Below, one piece after another: positions 1 through 14,656 of a stretch of 64,000 bases of DNA. This DNA is from Octopus bimaculoides. Taxonomy: Eukaryota. Under the pieces are notes generated by a model. That model saw only the letters and a program-made list of their open reading frames with translations, had not been told where the DNA came from and did no database searches. The DNA is taken from assembly GCF_001194135.2 (NCBI RefSeq), contig NC_068986.1, forward strand, positions 81,403,485 to 81,467,484. Reading direction: 5' to 3'. The position numbers were made by a program, and so were the translations under genes. Within the stretch, counting starts at the first letter, position 1, and the number at the start of each line of letters is the position of its first letter.

Positions 1-638
1 TAATATAAGAATATCAAGAAGACATTCAATAAATTATTCTAAAATGATACATTTTATATACACGCACACAAGTGGGAGTTGAATATATATACATGTCACA
101 GAATTTACCTAATCTTTGATATATTACAACTAAGCAGATATTAGAGTAACTAACTTTACACATTTAAAACTTCCTGCCAAGCACAACAGTTAATCATTAG
201 GTTGACAATTATTATTTAAGACACAGGCATCATAATAAACCACTTGAAATATATAACAATATAGGATATAAAGATAGAATGTTTCACAGAATTACAGATT
301 AAATAAAATAAGAAACATAATTGGGTAACTTTAACTAAATGATTTAATTAAGTTTTTCAATAATTAATGAGTCCTAAATATTAGGATGAATAATAATCTT
401 AAATGGCAAATTTTTCCACTGTAATAATTTAAATTACATACAAAAATGCATTTAATTAAAACTATAAATTTTATAAATATATAATGTATGTATAATCATA
501 CAAACAAGCAATTCTTTAAAGACTCTTTGGTTTGTATAAAATACCCAAAATATTAAGAACCAATCAAAACATTTATTGAGTATGCAGCAAGAGAAGAAGA
601 AATAAAGACAAAGCATGAAAAGCTTGTCGGATACATAC

Positions 639-846
639 GATTTCACAATAGTTTTTAACGCTGATATTCTAACTCTGTCCACGAACCAATCCATAAGATA
701 ACCAGACATTTTCGGTGCACACCGGTAGAGCTTAAAAAACCTATGATAATTATTAAGTGCCCAAGCAGATCTCACATTTAATGCATGAGAGACACACTCA
801 TCTTTTCTATGATTTGATTTGAGAGTTGCCAATGCAGTTGTTAAAT
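639..846 (-). CDS. LENG8: LENG8 coding exon 15 (DLTTALATL...[14 protein letters not shown]...KTIVKS), PCI domain
   Basis: Acceptor ttttaaAG at 848-847, donor GTATGT at 638; phase 1 in, phase 2 out; overlaps ORF 452..832. Confidence 0.93.
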
Positions 847-3800
847 CTTTAAAAGATGGTTAAGAAAAAACATTTTGGAGAGAAAATATTTCAGTTTAGC
901 AAACAAAGCTCAGGTTATTATATTTTTGACAAAGCTGTACGAATACAATCCACTAACAGACTATTTTTAAATATTTAAAAATATTTTTAGTATTTTATGG
1001 CTATATACCATTAGTGTTGATAAACCCATACCTGTTATTTTAAGAAAGCCATATTTTATTTCACTGGTCTTCAAAACTGCAGTGACAAATGTAGCCATGA
1101 AATGTCAACATTCATACACAAAAACATAGACATATATGACAGGCTTCTGTACAGATTCTATCTACCAATTCCAATGATAAGTATTGGTCAACTCAAAGCT
1201 AAAATTGAAGGCACTTACCCTGAACCTGAAACCTTGTGGTTGCAAAGCAGACTTAACCACTACAATTCATAAAGCACGTAAGAGATCTGATGAAACTTCA
1301 ATTGTTTGAAGTTTATTGAACAGTGGAAACAAAGTGAAGTTTGTCGCATCTAAATCACCAATTTAAACATCAACCATAAAGGAGGAGTGATAGCAACGTT
1401 GCTATTAACAGACAGTTGGCCACTAGTACTGTTCCTTCAGAACCATTCAAACCAATCAAGCAGCTTCTTGTAAGTGATTGTTCAACCTGCTAGAAATCCC
1501 TTAAAATCACATTTTACCATCTTGAACCCAACCGATAATATAGTTCAAGATAAACTATGTCTAAATAAGAAACAGAATGGCCACAGCTGCAACACCTCTG
1601 ACCAGAGATCTGCTAGATCAGGACTAATTCAGGGATAAACAATTGCATCTGCAGTATGCAATTGATTGAGTGGGAGATAGTAACTGAGTTGGGGGGAGAA
1701 GGCTGGAGGGAAGGAAACAAAATAAAAAACATGTTACATAATATGTAACATATTAAACATATACAATCAGCTGTTTGAGCCTGTGATTGGTAGCAATTAA
1801 ATGTTTTAGTAAATCTCAGTTTTACAAAATAAACTGAAAGGCAATGAAGGATACCCAATGTGTTTGATGTAAATATGTAGTAAAGTATTCTGTAAGCTGT
1901 AAATTCCGCAACATTTCCATGGTGTCCTTCATGGTAGAGTAGCTTCAATTGGGTCTGACACTGGTTAAATTCTTCATGGTCTCCCTGAAGAGATTAATTA
2001 CCAATATAGAAATCAAATTCTTACACGTACATATCAGATACATTAAACCATATTCAATTAGATGAGAAACTATTAAGAACTTACTTTCTCCATAGCAATA
2101 CGTGCATGAGTTTCATACACTCTGACAGTAAATATATCTCTTATTCCTTGTAACTGCAAATAATGAAAAATATTCTCCAATAATTTCTATTTCTTCTGTG
2201 TTTGATGGTTTTTATAGTACAATTTTTTTTTCAAAAGATACTTTCACCAAAAATATATAATAACTATTTTTGAGAAGTGCAAATTTAGAATATGATCTGA
2301 TATTATGTCAGTAACAACAGTAATAAAACTCTCAGCATGTCTGAAGACAGATAAAGTGAGCATCTTCAATAAAATGGTACAAAAGCCATCCAATTTCGAA
2401 TAGTTCAAAGTATTAATATGCCTGCTCAAGCATACAAACATGCCACTTATTATTCATTGGATCTTAAGGAACCATCCAACCCAAGTAGACACTGAATGGT
2501 GATGAGAATATCACCATCATCATTTAACATCCGATTTCCATCCTGGCATGGGATGGACAGTTTGACTGAGGACTGGCAAGACAGGATGTTGCATCAGGTT
2601 CCAATCTGATCTGGCAAGGTATCTACAGTTGGATACCCTTCCTAACACTAACCACTCCGAGAGTATAGTGGGTGCTTATAAATTTCATACACACAACCAT
2701 TGTGATTGTGTACAACAGTGATGTAATTTCACATAATAATCCAGATATATTGTTAAAACATGGAAAAACAATCCTAAGAATGAAAAAAGTGACATCAAAG
2801 CAAGAAACAAGAGAAGCAAAACATCAATGAAAGTCTATACTTACTGTCAAATCTTGTCTAATTGATTTCAATTGTTCACAAGCATAGTTATAGTCAGCTT
2901 TAGCTCTCCAATGATCCTGTACCATAATTAGGGATCGTTTCAAAACTTCAGTAGGGCGTATGGTTGAAGGATCAGGGGCCTGAAAGTATTTATCATTGTT
3001 GAAAAGAATTACCTTCTTCCTTTCAGTAAATTCTTCCATTAAAACATAAAATGAAATATAATCAATGTGACCAATACTTTAAAAACAAGTCATCTTTTAT
3101 AATGAAGCAGCATGAAGTTGAACTCGTGCTGAAGACCTTTGCATCTCTATAGCATTCTTGTCTAGGCGGCTATGTGTTAGTAACGAACAGTAGTAAGAAA
3201 TATAAGATGACAACTGTATATACTGTAGTCAAACAGAAACACTGCTTGTATGGATAATGTAAGTTAGTGGAGGAGGGAAGAGAATGTGGTGATAACAGCT
3301 ATAAATACTTACTGTGGTCAAACGGAAATATTGTTTCTCTAAATCTTGACATTCACCAACAATGACACAACCATCCATGTCAAGCTCATCATCACTTCCA
3401 GTGGTCTGGACAATAGAAGAAATAAAGAAATAATATAGTAGTAGTCATTGCTCATGAAAGGCAAAAACGAGTGAGACAGTCATGTTGTTAAACATATCCA
3501 CTATCAAAAGCCACAAAGGTAAGGTCAACTCTCATATTTAATTATAACACTACACTGAGATACATTAAATAATGAGCAAAGTGAAGTGTTTTTAAGATGG
3601 ATCTATGACTTCTAACCTAAGTCAACACTTCAGTCAACAAGTAGTAAAGAGTGTATAACTAAATCATCAAATAACACAATACATTATTTTATCATCTCAA
3701 AAAGGAATACATCTGATAAGTTGGACCTAGGGTATTGTGCCTAAGAAAAAAGATGGGATGGTCATGTTTGGGATATTTTTCATTGTAGGTCTGATCTGTC

Positions 3801-5828
3801 AGGGTTGACCTAGGGCTAAACAGTAACAATTTACAATCCAGCCCTGAAGTAACATTGCAGGATAGCATTCCCAGGTTCCTAAAGGAAATAGTGTTTATAT
3901 GTAATGCATACAATCATTATTACACTGCTAATAGGATAGATATATGTGAATACATTATTGAGTTGCTTTTGTTTAATCCTTTCATGTTCAAACCAGTCAT
4001 ATCAAGCCCAATATTCTTCCCATTTTATGTTCAAACTGGACAGATCAGGCCTCTTGCACCTACCCTACAATGTCATTCTAAAAGTAAACAATTGCATCAT
4101 CAAAATCTCAAAGTTATGAGACAATGTATGATAAATTCTAAACAATATAAAATAAGCATTATTTTTGACAGGGTAATCTGAATACTAAAAGGTCAATTTA
4201 GTATTTGTAATTTTATTATACAACACCCATGAAGGAAAACTAGGTATGTGCACCAGATCTTTGAGTATCCAATGCACAACTTCAATGCCATCACCTTCTT
4301 ACCATCTTGACTATTCATCATTTGCACTTTCCTTCACCAGTAAACATCACCCACTCTATATATATCCTCCCTCTGCTTATCCAGCATACTTTCTTACAAC
4401 CATTTTCACAACTATCCACTGCTCACTCTTTCTCTCCCATAACCTGCCATACAGTTACTCCAACCATCGTTTTTTCCTCTCATACTAAGGTTCCTTTCTC
4501 CCTCTTAATCTAGCTTAATTATCTTCTATCTACTGATCACATTGCCTGGAAACAAAGGTTGACCACACTGAACAGTGAGGACTTATTGTCATCAATGAGG
4601 CAGATTATGAATGGTCAGATGCCCTTCCTGTCACCAACTTTCACATTTTTCTAGCAAGATAATATTTCACAATAGCCAGGATATGTTTCCACAGAAGATT
4701 GGAAACAACACTGCTTTTGTAAAAGTAACACTAGTTTACAACTTTTGTACAATGTCAAGTCAAGAATAAACACAAACATACATGTTTACATATATATATT
4801 ATCTGACTGGCACCTGTGCCAGTGGCATGTAAAAAGCACCATTTGAGCATAGCTGATATCAGTGGCACATAAAAAGCACCCACTACACTCTCAGAGTGGT
4901 TGGCATTAGGAAGGGTATCCAGCAGTAGAAACCTTGCCAAATCATATTGGAGTCTGGTGCAGCCTCCCTGCTGACCAGTCCCCAGTCAAACCGTCCAAAC
5001 CATGCCAGCATGGAACACAAACATTAAACAACAACAATGATGATATATACACACACACACACGCGCGAAAAGTTTCTTTCAGTTTCTTTATAGCAAATTC
5101 ATCCACAAGACTTTGGCTGGCTTTGCCCAAGGTGCCATACAGTGGTACTGAACCTCCAAATCATGATTGGAAAGCAAACCTTTAAACCACACAATTATGT
5201 CAAGGCCAAAAGTAAAAAGATTACAGGAAAAACAATCTGGTTCTTATTACCAGAATGTTAAGACAATGTAAGTCACAGGTCTGATGAAGCTATAACACAC
5301 TAAATATCAATTATATAAAAAACAAGAGAAAATAGGTAAGTTTAAATTTGAAAGCAGTTAGATTGCACTCAAAAATGGAGATGAAAAAAGTGAGAAACTT
5401 ACGGTAAAGTTATTGATAGTGAGAGTCAGTGTTTGACGGTACCTCTTAGAGTCTGAAGAATTATTTAAATGTTCAACGAATCGTGCAGCTCTTCGTTGCA
5501 GCTTTTCTTCTTTATCAGGCCCATCATACTCAAAAGTCAAGCTAAAGATGGTTTAATGAGAATAAAATAAGAAAATGTAACTAACCACACTCTTGATATA
5601 ACAAATACAGGCTCATTATAATTTGAGACAACATATTCTTTTACTTGTTTCAGTCATCTGACAGTGGTCATGCTGGAGCACTGCCTTAAAGAGTTTTAGT
5701 CGAAGAAATCGACCCCAGGACTTATTCTTTGTAAGCCTAGTACTTATTCTATCAGTCTTTTTTGCTGAACTGCTAAGTTACAGGAGACATAGACACACCA
5801 GCATCAGTTGTCAAACGATGGTGGGGGA

Positions 5829-5879
<51 letters not shown>

Positions 5880-5984
5880 NNNNNNNNNNNNNNNNNNNNN
5901 NNNNNNNNNNNNNNNNNNNNNNNNNNNNNNNNNNNNNNNNNNNNNNNNNNNNNNNNNNNNNNNNNNNNNNNATATATATGTATG

Positions 5985-6018
<34 letters not shown>

Positions 6019-9000
6019 TACACACACACAATAGGCTTCTTTCAGTTTCCATCTACCAAATCCACTCACAAGGCTTTGGTTGGCCCGAGGCTACAGTAGA
6101 AGACACTTGCTAAGGTATCATGCAGTGGGACTGAACCTGGAGCCGTGTGGTTAGGAAGCAAACTTCTTACCACACAGCAATTGTTTACGCAATATGTTGA
6201 TTTTCATTGAATGCTACTGAAATGATAATAATAGCATAAAAGATGTTTAGTGTACAAACTGCCCTTGTACACAATGAACCCTTGTAAATGATTTAGGAAA
6301 GACCAGTTAATAAACGAGTGCATTAATGTCTTAATGAGTCAACATGACTTTATCAAAAATATACTGGAAATAATTCATCGTAGAACTTTTGTAAGCTTTC
6401 TCTGCTTCACCTGTAAACCATAACAAACAAGACTAAAGAGTCAAGATTCATCAAGACCTGAAACTATACTTACTCTCTGTCTTTCTTTCCTTTCTTGCCA
6501 CCAAAAGAATCCTCTCTAAAACGTCCACGTGATGCTCTACCTCGAGCACCACGACCACGTCCTCGACCTCGGTTTTTGTTGCCAAAACTATGTTTACTCA
6601 CATACTTCTCTGATGAGCTACTGTCGTCAGAGACACTAGAACTGTCACTGGATGAAAAATAAAAACATTATTATTGTTTCTTTTTCATATATAAATCTCA
6701 CCATTATCAGCATCATTTTAACATCCACTTTCCCATATTTACATGGGTCAGGTAGAATTTATTGAGGCAAATTTTCTATGGCTGGATGCCCTTCCTGTTG
6801 CCTACCCTCAACTGTTTCTAAGCAAAGTAATATTTTCCCATGGCCAGATATATTTTCCTGAAGACTGAAAATGAACAATACCACTTGTTTGATGGTGACA
6901 CTCACAACTATTGCATGATGTCAATACAAGGATACATACATATCTACAATGGGCTTTTTTTCAGTTTCTGTCTACCAAATCCACTCACAAAACTTTGACT
7001 GGTTTAAGGCTATAGAACACACTTGCATAAGGTACTACAACAGTGAGACTAAACCTGAAACTATGTGGTTGGGAAGTAAAACTTCTCAACCACATAGCTG
7101 GCATTAGCTGGACAAGTTGTTAGGGTATGCATCAGTTCTTGTTTGATATTACTGCTCCCAGTGGGACCATTCCTCATTCACACATTTTCATTTATGCATG
7201 ATTTCTGCAGTTAGATTACCTTCCTATTACCAACTACCCTATAGAATGTACTGGGTGCATTTCATCAGGGCACCAACACTAGAGAGTTTGTTGTATCCAC
7301 ATGAAATAGATATTTAACCCTTTAACATTTAAACAGGTCACATTCAGTTCAAATACTTCATCTGTTTTATGTCCAAACTGATGTCTATCCATCAATGTCA
7401 TATAAAAAAAAAAACAATCACATCATTGAAGTCTTGAAGCTATGTGATAATAAAACTTTAATTCAAAACTATGTGAAACAAGCATTACATTTGACAGAAC
7501 AATCTGAATGCTTAAGAGTTAATGAAGTTTAACAGTCACTCTTTGAACAATGATTTTGGAAGTGCAAAATGAACTGACTGTAATGACAACAATTATAAAG
7601 AAATGTTAACTTTTAATCATTTTGTTATATTGCTCTAATTTAATTCTATGTTCTGACTAAGTATCAAACTAAGTTTAGTGACTCTGCTTTACTTCGTGCA
7701 TTCACCTCGTGTCCTTTTAAAGTGAACTTTTGACTACCTTCTAATTTGCATACTGGTTTGTTTCATAAGTGGCATAATACTTTTTGCAGGTAGATCTTTA
7801 GGTTCTGCCCTTTTTTTTAATTAGCATGCATTTTTGAGTATATATTGCATTGTATTTGCTTACATATTGACTCCATTATTGGCTTGCATTCGAGTAATGT
7901 AATCCAAGTTAATAATTCTGTATTAAAACATAACACTTTTAATAAATTTAAAAGCTTCACATTGTAGTTTAAACCATAAATCATTTATCAAGATTATTTA
8001 CGCCATAATCAAAACATCAGTGAAATAGCCCTAACATTACAATACTACTTTAAAAATGTAGTAAAATTCTTACACTAACATTTAAAAATCTGTTGGAAAT
8101 GTTTCAACTAAAGACAAATGGAAATCAAAGACTGAACCAATTCAAACAAAATACCTGCTGTGTCTTCTGTGCTTTCGTGCTACAGATCGTGAATATTTGT
8201 CTCTGACAGAAACTACTACAGCAGCTGGGGAACGTGAACGACTTCTGGATTTACTACGTGAACGTGAACGAGATGTCCTATAGGTTGGAACTCTGTCCCC
8301 ATTGTAAGGACAACGCACTGATGATCGATTGTTTGGTGGTTCAGGATCATCTCTTTCCCACCGACTTCGTTTGCGCTTCTCTAAACAAGAAATACTAAAA
8401 AGACAGAAAATAAAAATGGAGTTTTATATTTTAATTAAGTCTTAGAAAATGCCAAATTTTCTTATATTAAGAACTTTACTGAAATTTAAAATCTTTTCTT
8501 TGAAACTTGTAGTATTCTAGGAGATTAAACTGAAGAAAATATTCAAAACGCTTAGCTTGTCTGCTTCTCCAAATCAATCACTATACACAATTATAAACAA
8601 CACTTTTATTGCATGTAAACCTAGCCACATATCAGTGTTAGCTTTACTCAATCTGATCTCATAAAAATTGTTCCTAAAACAAATTTCCTGCTTACACTTA
8701 AAAAGTTAATGCACTTGATACATCAATTTAGGTGGGCATTTGTCACCATTTCCCTGAATAACAACTGTTTCCTTCGTATCTAATAAAGAACTCAAGCAGT
8801 CAGTTTTTTTTTTTGTTCTTTTTCTCTCAATATAATACATTAAGGTCACATTTCAAAGACAACATTGAGCTTGTACTTTATACCACTACATAGTTGGGGC
8901 TGAAAAGTAAAAGGGTTACCATAAAATTGATTTTGAAGTAAAACTAGATCAAAGATATCTTTAGTATAAGGTGAAATCTAATGCAGTAAACTGCTTCAGG

Positions 9001-12000
9001 TTAAAATACATCAGTGATATACAAGATGAAATATACCGCAAAAGTCAAAAGCAGTAAACTACGATATAAAAACTAATTCTTGAATCTAATATGGAAATAC
9101 TACAGAAGACAAAGTATCCTTTTAACTTCACTGTCCTTTACTATTTTCATTCTGAAGTGTGAAAACATACAATAGTACTTACTCAGGCAAGGGTTCTTTA
9201 TACCAGTCAATATTCCATGGAGTTTGGTCATCAAATATGCCCTTTAACTTCATCTTTAGACATCTTTCCATTTCATCTTTCTGGTTTTCTTCACTAACAC
9301 TGGCAAATGCTCTTTGTACATAATCTCTAAAACATTCCAGATGGAAGATAATAAAGTTGCCATAGTTACACAATAAAGCAGGGGGTTTTTTGTGTTTTTT
9401 GTTGGGGGTATGGTTTCTAAGGAAAATAGAAATACCTATACTCTGAATGGAGTAGCTATTGTTCATGTAGTTTAGACCCAGGGGAAGCCTAACTGAGCAG
9501 ACCTATGACTAAAGGTATTATACTCATTACCATTCCAACTTTGATGGATAGCTAATGTATCCATTCCATATTTCATATCATGAGTGTAATTCACAAGAAA
9601 TTTGGCAGCTATTTCTAGCAGGCTGCATAACTACAAAGAGGTAAAGTGGCAATCCATGGGAAATCAGAACTGAAGGTTATGGAAAGTATCTTTTTATCTC
9701 TGGTATAGACTTGCTGCAATAGCTCCATCTATATACATATTCCTTTCTACACCTGTATGGTAGCACCAACCATTTCCTTATAAAATCCACGAGGTTTGCA
9801 AGTTTCCAGGAATTGATCATATATAAAATATGGAGGCAAAGCTCAGACAGAGAGACATGAATTATCAATACTGAAGTGTTGAAGATGCAGCTACTTAGAG
9901 AATATATATTGCTGTGAATGTATTGGAGTACTAATCTCTATGTAAATGACATGAAGAATGGTATTCTTCTTGCCATTTAGGTAGAGATTAGCATGCATTT
10001 CAACTAACTGGATTCATGGAATATTCATAAAATATTGGTTTCAAGTTTTGACAGACGGTCAGCAATTTTGGAGGGACGGGGGAGGGGGTCAACTGCATCA
10101 ATCCCAGTGCTTAACTAGTACTTATTTTATCAACCCCAAAAGGATGAATATAATGACAGAAGAAATGCCACTAAGCATTTTGCCTGGTCTACTAACAATT
10201 CTACCAGCTTGCTGCCTTAAATATTCGTAAAACATTGAAACCTAAATTAATAGATAAAAACTGATCTGATAAATTGTTTAAATATTAAATAAGAAGAGGA
10301 AACGTTTGAAGTTGACAAATTTCATCTTTACTCACTTCAAATGGTAATCCCCACCTCTCTCTCACATACATACTAGCTTAAAAACCACCCCATTGGGTAG
10401 CTTTTAAGCTAGCTCTTGTGGAAGGCTCTTCATTGGGCCTTGGGCCCAATAATGACACTTCATGCATTGAGTACTTATTAAATTTTATTAAACTTGACCA
10501 ATATTTTTCAAGCAATGAACAATTTTCATCAAAACAATGATATAATTCGTCGACTTGGAACTTATTGCACAGCTGCATGATAAACAACATTTTTTGTCTT
10601 CCCATTTGGGGGTCAGTACAATTTTTTTTTCTTCTGTTTAACCTCTTTCTTTCTTTTGATTGTTTTCAACCATCACTATCACCAGTACCACCACAACTGC
10701 CATACACACACCATCCAGACTTCTGGCGCCACCACCATCACCACTGTCTTTCACATTGCTTATTATCACCATCATCCCTGACCATCTCAGCTACCACCAC
10801 CACCACCATCATCATCATCACCATTACCATTGCCTCCGCCTCTATCACAAATACAGCTCATACTATTACTATCACCCCATTACCATCACAACCTTCAATC
10901 TACTACCGTCCTCATAGTCTCTATGCCTACTATATTACTCTCACCCCAGCAGGAGGAATAATAGAAGTGTCATTGAATAGTGAGAGAGGGGATCAAAGTG
11001 TGACACACTGACACACAGAAATTCGTTTTGGCATTTATTATCATAGATATAGCGAAAAATCAGTATTAAGTTCATAAATAGAAACATTATATGAAATACA
11101 AACACTTACTTTAAAGAAGGAGGCCATTCTCCCTTCTCAATACCTGGAGATTTTGATCTAAAATAATAAAAAAATAAGATCAATCAATGTGATAAGAATA
11201 GGCAAATAAAGTCAACCTGCATAATAATAAAACATAAATCCAAATACAAAAAAATCTTCCATTTCAAAACCCCACTTTGAAGGTGTTTCAAAATATTTGG
11301 AACAGAAATATTTACCCATATGACTAATTAAAAAATATAGCATAAATTACTTCAATATATTTCACATACTTTTACTATAAAGCTTAAATTATTAAACATT
11401 GATATAATCATTTTGTATTTCAATAATCATTCTACCATATACAGGCTTCACTCAATAAACTTGCTAGCCAGAACCAAAGCACTTATTATTGGTTTCAAAG
11501 TCTGGCACAAAGCCAACAATTTTGGAGAAGGAGGTAAGTTGATTCCAACAACCTATGTCCAACTGATACTTATTTTACCAACACTAAAGGTATGAAAGGC
11601 ACAGGCAACACCAGAGGCATTCAAACTCAGAATGTAAAGTCCAAAGAAATGCCACAAACCATCGTTCCTGGCAGGGTAACAATTCTGTCAGCTCACTGCC
11701 TTCAAACCATTTATTATTGACAACAGTGATCTTATATGTGAGGGAACCTATTTTCTTATAATACTATATCAGTCTCTCATAATTTTACTAAAACCTTCTG
11801 TATAACTTATTGAAGCACATGAATCAGTGAGAAACACACAGCTCCAACGACTGTCTCACAATACAATCTATTACTTACTCAGCATTGGAGGAATTATCTT
11901 CTGTTTGATTATTCTCGGGACTTGATTGATAATTAGACTGTTGTTGTTGCTGCTGCTGCTTTCCAGGATGAGGAGAACACATTTTCTGCTGTGATTGTTG

Positions 12001-14578
12001 CTGCTGTTGAGGGAACATTTTTGTTCGGTAACTTGAAATGGCATTGGTATTCTGTACATTGTGACGTTTAGAGATCTGAAAACGAATGCCCAGAGCATTT
12101 GCGTTCCTTACTGCAAGAAAAAAACAGAAAAGGAAAACATTACATTTATAATAATTGATTTTAATACTGGCACCCTCTTATCCACCCACATCTCGAGTGT
12201 CATTCTATAAAACAACCCTTTCCACCTATCCAGAACAACATCAGTCTCTGTCACAACTCTACATGACTTTTACAGGGATAATCAGGAGAAATGCTTTCAT
12301 CATATAATTTTTACTATATAGCTAATCACATGTAACAGCACACCATCACAGACACATTGTTACAATACAACACCACACCCTTACCAAATACGTCTACATT
12401 ACACCACAGACACAACCTCACTACAACTACCACCCAACAACACATCATCTCACAAACCCTCTCTTCCACACTGAACTTCACCACAGATCCTCACTTCCAC
12501 ACTACACCCCACTCTCCACAGACACATCATACTTTTATTAATAAGTTACACATCACATCCAAGCCAATGAAGGAGCCTCTACATACTCATTCAACTAGCT
12601 AGAAATACAGCCAAATCTCCTTCAAATCACATCCCACTACCTTAAAATAAAAAGAACACATCGGATAATTAAGTTTCTAGATATGCTAGGTCAGTATATA
12701 AACACAGATGAGAAGGTCAGAGGTGGCACATGGATCAATGCTGAATTGACTAAATAATCTGGTACATGTTCAAACAACCACACAATGTAACAGGCCCTTA
12801 CTGCCACACTGTGTAACAGGTCCTTGCCACTATACCACTCAATATATCCCCTCTATGATGGAGGAAGTGTAGTTATAGATAAGATTGAAACATTCAATAG
12901 TCTCAACTGCCAACTTGCAGAGAAACACTGTCTGATCCCTTCAAACTTTCAAAATGTTGAATAAGAATATTGTTAAAAAATATGCATGTATAAACCTATA
13001 CATGGATAGAGATATGCATAATATTTTTATTGTGGCCAAGTCAGTCTCTTGCTACACTGAGTTTTGCCTGTGGATGCACAGAGTCATGAACTCAGGTTTT
13101 GCTGAGGAACTAAAAAAGTTTGCTTTGCAACTATGAGGTCTTGGGTTTTATAAAAACAAAAAAAAAACCTGAATACAGAAACCAACTAAGCCCCAGCATA
13201 CAGGCATGAAGGCTTGAGGCAGACATGTTTCTTTTTAAATTAATATTAGATAAAAGTGTAAACTGTTGGCAATACTACAAAAATAACCCATTAACAATAC
13301 TTGAATGGGATAATGGAAGAACAAATGAGACAATAAAAGAAAATTGCTATGTAATGATATTTAAGAAATGGTTAATGATTTGTTAAGGCCCTTTATAGAT
13401 CCCTGAAGCATTTAATATTTCTTCTCCTTACTTTACACCAACAGAGGTAGTTGCTGGTGGTGTTGTTTTATACACTCACCTTGGAGTGTATTTTCTTAAT
13501 TTTATCATTTCTGTAGTCTTCATCATTTAGCATCTGCTTTTCATGCTGGCATGGGTTAGATGGTTTGACCGAAACCGGTAAACTGGAAGGCTGCACCAGG
13601 TTCCAATCTGATTTGGCATGGTTTCTATGACTAGATGCCCTTCCTAAACCAACCACTCCAAGAGTGTAATGGGTGCTTGGTATGTGCCACTAGCACAGAT
13701 GCCAGTTATGTGACGCTGGCATTGGCCACAACTATGATTTCACTTGGCTTGACTAAGCTAAGAAATTCTTACATTCTCTTAATTCCCTGTAATTCAGACC
13801 ACCCCATGGTCCCAGCAGACAAAATCGAAAAAGTGTGGCCCTGGAGGATGTGCTTGAACACCCAGACTTGCAGGACTCACACTTGTGGATAACCATCTCC
13901 ATGCAAAAAGCAGTGAACAGGGATATGGTCCAGGGGCCAAGAATGCTGGAGGTCTCCACTGCCAAAAGCTCAACCATAAACCTGCCAGATAGCAACTGAT
14001 ACTTTGACAATGTTGTTACTTTAACCTTGCCCACAACACAAACCTCTCTAAATTCTGCCATTTATTCAAACAAATACCGTTTTATAAAAACAAGAAAGAA
14101 ATGTTACAACTAACGTTTATTCTTGGCCATTTGAAACCTTGGCATATTTGAAGGATAATCAGTATTGTGGTACTGGTGGCCAGGTGACAACTGTTGCTGC
14201 TGCTGCTGTTGTTGAGAAGACTGTTGTGGTGACTGTTGATCTGGCTGGTAATGCTGAGGTGGTGGCTGTTGTTGAAGGTGTGGCTGTGACTGTTGTTGAT
14301 GAAGATGTGGCTGTTGAAGATGATGAAGTGAGGTTGGCATATGTGGTGGAGGTGGCTGCTGCATGCGTTGCTGTTGCTGATCTATGTTGTCTCCAGTGCC
14401 AGGAGGTAATGGTTGCTGGAGAACCATATGAGGAGGTGGAGGAGGTACCTGGTTAGGTGGTCTGTTATCTGGATGCTGTTAAAACAAGCAGAAGATGTAT
14501 TTAAGATATACTAAACCCTATTATTATAACTAAGTCATTAGAAGAAGATTCTATGAATTAAGCAGTAACCTGTGTTGT

Positions 14579-14656
<78 letters not shown>

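Noticed and set aside
452-832. Stand-alone 126-aa gene
   Set aside because: It is LENG8 exon 15 with a non-ATG track start, reading on into the intron.
1280-1355. Hammerhead ribozyme (CTGATGA...GAAAC-AAA-gtgaag-TTT-GTC)
   Set aside because: Stem III fits, but about 12 extra nt separate stem II from GAAA and stem I is out of register by 2 nt. It is probably part of a repeat; a covariance-model scan would settle it.
1390-1405. 16-bp perfect palindrome ATAGCAACGTTGCTAT
   Set aside because: About one is expected by chance in 64 kb, and the X-box half-sites are everted rather than canonical.
5773-6113. ORFs of YI/HT/CV/RE/polyH/polyM type here and at 14538, 29346, 37017, 45826, 48477 and elsewhere
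   Set aside because: They are translations of microsatellites and N-gaps, not genes.
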